DNA of 63,750 nt, counting the filler, from Olpidium bornovanus S191 (Eukaryota; Fungi; Olpidiomycota), in the NCBI GenBank assembly GCA_017911155.1. It is 26 parts of 26 records of this genome, joined end to end, with 100 filler letters (N's around TTAATTAATTAA, not from the genome) between each part and the next. Parts side by side here need not be neighbours in the genome. Positions count along the whole stretch, not along the records: positions 57,987 to 63,750 come from JAEFCI010001515.1; 25 more parts are not named here. One strand, 5' to 3'. The position numbers were made by a program, and so were the translations under genes. Of the stretch, positions 58,346 through 63,750 are shown piece after piece (within the stretch, counting starts at the first letter, position 1; each line of letters opens with the position of its first letter). The notes beneath the pieces were generated by a model, which was given only the letters and a program-made list of their open reading frames with translations, ran no database searches and was not told the DNA's origin.

Positions 58346-59448
58346 ATGGCGACACCCAGCCTTTTTCCGCCCATCAACCTTCACAAGTGGATCGAGGAAA
58401 ACTCGCAGTACGCGTTCCGGTCCTCGCGATGATGCTGGTTCTCCCATTCTCGCAGGGACTCGCGGCACACAACGTGCGCGAGAGTTGGTTTGCGTGCCCG
58501 GATGCGGCCCCGTTCGTGACCCTTGCCGTCGAAAACAAAAAGCCTCTTGCAGCCTCCCGTCAATAACTATTTGGTGCAGAAGAATGACTTCACCATGTGA
58601 GGGCTGCCCGGCGGCCCAGCGTTTGCTAGGTCCCGGACGGCTTTCTGCGGACGGGGGTGGCGCCATTTGTTTCTAACCCGGACTGTCTGTCGCGCAAGCT
58701 GACGGCAGGCGATTTGCTTTGTTAGCATGGCCGTCGGAGGCCCGAACAAGCGGACTGACTATCACGTCCAACCGACGGATGTTGGTCACCACAGGCTGAT
58801 GCGGCTTGTCAGTCTAGTCAGTATTCCATTGCTAAAATCAATTTGGTTCCTGGGTGAAACTAGGAATGGTTCTACCAGTACAAAGGGGACATGCTCCTGA
58901 AGGTTGTCGACAACGGCGAGTTCAAAGATATACCCATTCGTGAGGGAGAAATGATGCTGCTCCCCGGTGCGTTCTAGAGTGAAACAGCATGGCTTATTCG
59001 TTTGTGCGAAAGCCGCGTAACTCGACCGAATTGCTTGATCGCAGACCAAAACCCCGTCGCGTGTTCACTTGTCTCCACCCGCTTTTTTACAGGCAACGTG
59101 CCGCACAACCCTGTCCGCTTCGCGAACACCGTCGGATTGGTCATAGAGCGAAGCCGTCCGGAAGGCAAGGAAGGTCAGCCCGCCTGATTGTTTGGATAAC
59201 CCTGCTGAGCTGCGTTATTCTGTTCTTTGTCATGCCTCACGTTGAAGTTTTGTACTGAAAAATGGTCCCGTTTGTCTGCGCTAGATTCCCTGCGCTGGTA
59301 CTGCAGCAACTGCAGGGAGATTGTTCACGAGGCGACGTTCTACTGCACCGATCTCGGTAGGCAACTCAAGCCGGTTATCGAGGCGTACGCTAGCGACGAA
59401 AAGATGAGGACTTGCAAGAAGTGCGGCAAGGTCAACGAGGCCAAATGA
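58346..59448 (+). CDS. BNA1: 3-hydroxyanthranilate 3,4-dioxygenase, 6 exons, complete
   Basis: [12 protein letters not shown]|[25 protein letters not shown]|[16 protein letters not shown], |[27 protein letters not shown]...RTCKKCG. Fe ligands H/E/H and the rubredoxin-like CxxC pairs are intact. Confidence 0.97.
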
Positions 59449-60597
59449 TTTCGTCGTACACGCCTTCATGCGAATAGCATGATTCGCTTATTCAATCAAT
59501 TTCCCCCAACACATGCACTGTATTGAGGCCACATTCATTTTCCAAATAAAAATCGTATGCACAACATTGCACCAACATGAAAGAAAATTGCAAAGGGAGT
59601 GCAGCAAGGTCAAACGAATGATTGTTGGTACCGGTAGGGAACGTGCCTCGCGTGCACGGTGATTCAGATTGGTGGGTTGGCCAACAGCCCTGGGACTAAC
59701 ATTGCCCGATTGTTCGGGCAGGCTGGGAGACGGCCTGAGCGGTACGCCGTGACCATACAAACGTCTGTTTAAACCCCCGTTAAAATCCACGTTATGTACA
59801 TGGGAAAGCAACCAACCATGCAAACTGATGGGGGAACTACTGAAATTTGTTCCGTTTACATCGGACTGAATTCCAACCACGCCAGCCCAAGTAGCAGAGA
59901 AAACCATCGAAATCGCTCCTTCCCTAGTACAAATCGTATGCGCGGAACCCAGTAATCCCCATCGTCGGTTATGGTAAATACGGCTGCGTCGGCCTGGCGG
60001 CCCTGTACAGCGAGGGGTGTGCTGTGGAAGCGGCATGAAGGCGGAGAGAGGAGGGGAGGGGAGTGGGGGAGGGCGATTTTTAAAAATCTCTGCATAACGC
60101 AGCGGGAGGTCTGGAAGCCGGCGATACTGGCAGTCTGCTAACGCCGACTGCTAGGGAAATCACCGTTCTACATGGAACAAAAACGCTTCCCTGAAAACCT
60201 TATTGAGCTCGGAACGATTCCGCATTGGTCCAACCGGGAATGACCGTCCCTCGCCGTGGCGGCCGTATGCCGTGTGATCTTGCCTAACAGACTGTCTTTT
60301 GCCGCAGGTGACATGGGTGGGGGCTACGAGTCGTGTTTGCTGACGGAATCGCCGCCAGGAGGGCAGCCACGACGCGCGACAGCGGGGGGGGAGGGACGGA
60401 TTCGTCCTTCGGGCTGTATGACCGCTTCCTGCTTCTCCCCTTTTTGGTAGTGATTCGAGATGATCCTGCGATCCGCGCAATGCGGATGCTTCCATACTTC
60501 ATCCTGATCGTCCGATTCCGCCTTCTGCGGTGGCGCTGTTGCGGCCGCCTTTGCCGTCCTGCCGCGGGTGGCGCGAAGAATTTCCAACCGTATTGAA

Positions 60598-60762
60598 GTC
60601 ACGTGACGCAGGCGACGGGCTATTCTTGGTTGGTTTGTTCCAGTTGTTTTTATTTCCGAACCGTTAGGTTAGGGTCTACAGGAATTTTTTTCGCTTTCGC
60701 CGTTACGCCCGTGACTGTAGTGTCACGCCACGTGACCGTATTCCTCACGCCACGTGACCGTA
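60598..60762. promoter_or_regulatory. Cluster of three CACGTG E-boxes (palindrome GTCACGTGAC plus a duplicated 18-mer TCACGCCACGTGACCGTA)
   Basis: GTCACGTGAC at 60598-60607; the 18-mer at 60723-60740 and 60745-60762; intergenic position. Function is inferred. Confidence 0.45.
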
Positions 60763-62294
60763 ACCACCCGTAGCGGTTCGGGTCCGTCGAGAAGTCGGCT
60801 TATTCCTTCATTTTGTTATTACACCTTCGCCAAGGCCGCGAAGCGGCCGTAGGTGAACAAATGTTGCACAAATTAAAATCACCGATCTGTGTTTTTTTTT
60901 TCTTTTGATGGTTTTTTCTGGTGAAATCCTGGGTGCTTTCTGTTGTAGAGAACGGTTGAATCAGCTTGGAAGGCTATCAAGCCACCCGCTGGCTCTTGTT
61001 TTCCTCATCGAAGCTACCAAACCACGGAAGAACCGGCCGTGCTTGCCTCATTGGCGAGAGTTCGCGCGCCGCTGCCCCAACGGCGTTCAACGGACGGGGG
61101 CTCGAACCACTGGACGGCAAGCAAGTGTTCGATAACTCAGGGAAGCTACGTCGGCTCTGTGCCTGCCTGCATGGCGTTTCGGGCGGAATGTGTGGGCTCC
61201 AAATTGGTTCAACCATCCTTCTCTACTCGTACAATATTTGTTCCCCTACAGCCGCTTCGCCGCCTCGACGAACGTAGATTGTACTATGTAGGAGCAGAAC
61301 GGCCAAACCAGCTACCTCACAGCACAGGAACCAGCTTGGCGGCAGATGCTGGCATACACAGTCTCACAGAGACCGTTCAACCCGCGCCGCGTTGGCACGA
61401 CTCTTCACGTGAAGGCCTTTGTTGGCCGCCGGTTGAGAGGTGACTCGTAACGTTCGGACGAATAACTTTGACCTTTTCGTTACGTAAGTATGGGGCAAAA
61501 AATAGCATTTGGTAATAAAAAAAAATAAGGCAGGAAAATGGGAAACAGATAAGGTCACGTTCAAAAGAAAATGGTAAAATTGTGTACGGCGAACGCGTTA
61601 AAAGCGGAGAATCATTGAGAACTTAGCCTGGCTTCCTTTCCTTCTCCCAAAACTTTTCAACCCTACTTTCTGGTAGGCTTTACAGCTAAGCAACATTCAG
61701 TTACCCTGATTATTAAGTTTTTCCAATCTAAAAAATTTGCTGATTTCTGAATTTGGTCTGGCAACCAGGGAATTCTGTCATGGTGTCTTGGCTTGGCCCG
61801 TGGGGTCTCGTTCAGATGGAGAGGTTTTTGCTGCACACACACCCCCCCAACTCCTCCTCCCCGGGCCCACCCGTGTGCGCCTGCCCACCTCGGCCCCTGT
61901 ACTGCGGCAAGGTTCACAGCGTTATATTCCTCTCCCTCGTCAGGTCTGAGACGGTGCTACAGGTAAGGTGACGAGGGCTGCCAGTGCAGTCGAAAGGGAA
62001 AGGTCAAGCTAAGTTAAAGTAAAGTCGAGTAGGGTCGAAGTCGAGCTACGGAGCGGAAGGGACGCTATTTATGCTCGTCGACGTCAAGCGGAGGGCAGTT
62101 CGACTGCAAAAGCCGTCCCTCGACGTCGCGTCTGTCGACGCGGTGCGTCCTGTCCCTTCCCACGCGGTTACCACGCGGGGCTCCGAGCTCTTGCGTGCAG
62201 TGGGGTGCGGGGGGGTGCGGGGGCAGTCGCGGGGAGGGGGGGGGTTCTGGTTGGTGGGGGTTCCCGCGTGTGGCGCTGGGGAGGGAAGGGGGAA

Positions 62295-63090
62295 GGGGGA
62301 AAGCCCTTCGATTGGCGGACTTCGAGGGGGGGGAAGGGGGGAAGCGCTCTTCGATTGGCGGGCTTCGAGAGGGACTATTCTATTGGTCGGCCCCCGGGCT
62401 CGGGGGCCGTCCTGCCCTCGATCCCGCCTCCGCCCTTTGACCGCCTCTCGCCCTTTGACCGCCTTTCGCCCTTTGCCCTGCGTCCTTCGCCCGCCGCCCC
62501 TCGCCCGCCGCCCTTCGCCTGCCGCCTGCCTTCCGTGGCGTCGGTCCAGGGCGACGGTTCGAGGGCAGTGCTACAGCACAGCCCCACACCCAACGCGCCA
62601 TTCAGCCCATTCACAAGATATAAGATCCTAGCCTTTTGGTAGGAGAGAATAACATGTCTTAATTGTTCAAAACATTTTGCGGCATTCGGGGTGTTCCAGG
62701 GGTTTGGGCCGGTTTTGGAGGTATAAAAAACATGTCTAAATTGTTCAAAACATTTTGCGGCATTCGGGGTGTTCCAGGTGTTTGGGGCGGTTTGGGAGGT
62801 ATGAGGCGTTTGGGGCATTTGAGGTTTTTGGGGCTTATGGGGTTTTGCGGGTTTTGGGGGCATTTAAGGCCTTTGGAACTTTTGGGGGTTTCGGGGTGTT
62901 TGGGGGCATTGTAGTCGACACTCCATTATTCCCTCAACGTACCACTCGTTCATCCCTTCGATGTTCGCCTGATGCACCATTCCTCGATGTATCGCTCGAC
63001 CTCAAAGCCCCTCAATTGATCTCGACGCCGCTCAATCGAGCCTGATGCCCTTCGCTCGATCTCGATGCCCTCGTTCGACCTCGAGGCCCA
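62295..63090. repeat. Mosaic of short repeats: duplicated TTCGATTGGCGG, 18-bp CGCCCTTTGAC units, 78-bp duplication (62651-62724 / 62729-62802), 9-bp-period G/T-rich tract, TCGA-rich tract
   Basis: Each block was read directly from the sequence. Confidence 0.85.
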
Positions 63091-63750
63091 CCGCTCCACC
63101 GCCATGTACCGCCCGCTTCCCCCATTGTTCGGTCCCCCAATCGAAGTGGGCCCAAGCACGCAAAACCCCTGGCGTCCCCTTTTCTAATAAAGACCAGAAA
63201 CCTTCGTGGAACCACACCACCCACAACAAAGTGGGGAATCCGAGGACGAGCTCTCCCCTCTCCTCTCCGCGTCATTTTAAGCTCTCCCGTCGCCCCCCCA
63301 ACGCCGTCCCATCCTCCGTTCCATCGCCTACCCTCCGTCAACTGGCCTTCCTCCTTGGCCTTCGACATGCGCATGCCTTCGCCTCGTCAGCGCCGCCGCC
63401 GCGGCTCCGGGAAACCCGCGCCTGTGATGCGCCACGCTCGGCGGCCGGTCGGTGCGGCCGGAAACCCGCCGGGGGCCATGTGGAGAGGACCACCGCTTGT
63501 TGGGGATTAATTCTTCGGGTGCTCGGGGCTTTCCCCCTTTCCCCCTTGCCCCCCCCCCCCCCCCCCCCGCCCCCCCCCCCCCCCGCCCCCCCCGCCAGCA
63601 CCGCTCGCTCCCGCCACCCGCTCCCGCCCCAACCACACCGCCCGCACTCCCCAACCGCAACCAACAACGAAGCGGAAGCGCAGGCGAAGGCAAAGGAGGA
63701 CGACGGCCAGCAACCATGGAAGGCGGGAGCGCCGGAGCAAAACCCGCCCA

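Noticed and set aside
62777-62910. True telomere
   Set aside because: The units are degenerate and not TTAGGG-like tandem copies, and ordinary sequence continues on both sides. Kept only as a telomere-like tract.

Overview
This is eukaryotic, GC-rich, intron-rich fungal DNA, and it is not one contiguous locus. It is 26 short contigs (about 1-6 kb) joined by 25 artificial 100-bp spacers (44 N + TTAATTAATTAA + 44 N), so adjacency across spacers is not evidence of synteny. Fungal-type genes (Bem1/Scd2 scaffold, THR4, yeast-type BNA1, MAM3-like, PTC7, PNK1) occur together with an axonemal dynein assembly factor (DNAAF6/PIH1D3). This points to a flagellated, early-diverging (zoosporic) fungus; an Olpidium-like whole-genome-amplified assembly is my unverified guess. 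Also present: two tRNAs (Asn-GTT; intron-containing Thr-CGT), two Ty1/copia 5' ends sharing a half-tRNA-iMet primer site, several minisatellites and tandem duplications, and decayed ORFs. The most notable items are genes absent from model yeasts and usually thought of as animal-like: a CaMKII association (hub) domain exon that the ORF track missed (17129-17326), a CTC1 C-terminus, and a RUFY-type RUN/coiled-coil/FYVE protein. Other highlights are an intron-containing bacterial-type sulfotransferase, an orphan small secreted Cys protein, a LEA-like 11-mer repeat protein, and an in-frame TAG inside a conserved TLDc exon while all 11 well-supported gene ends use TGA. Family assignments come from my recall of motifs, not from database searches.
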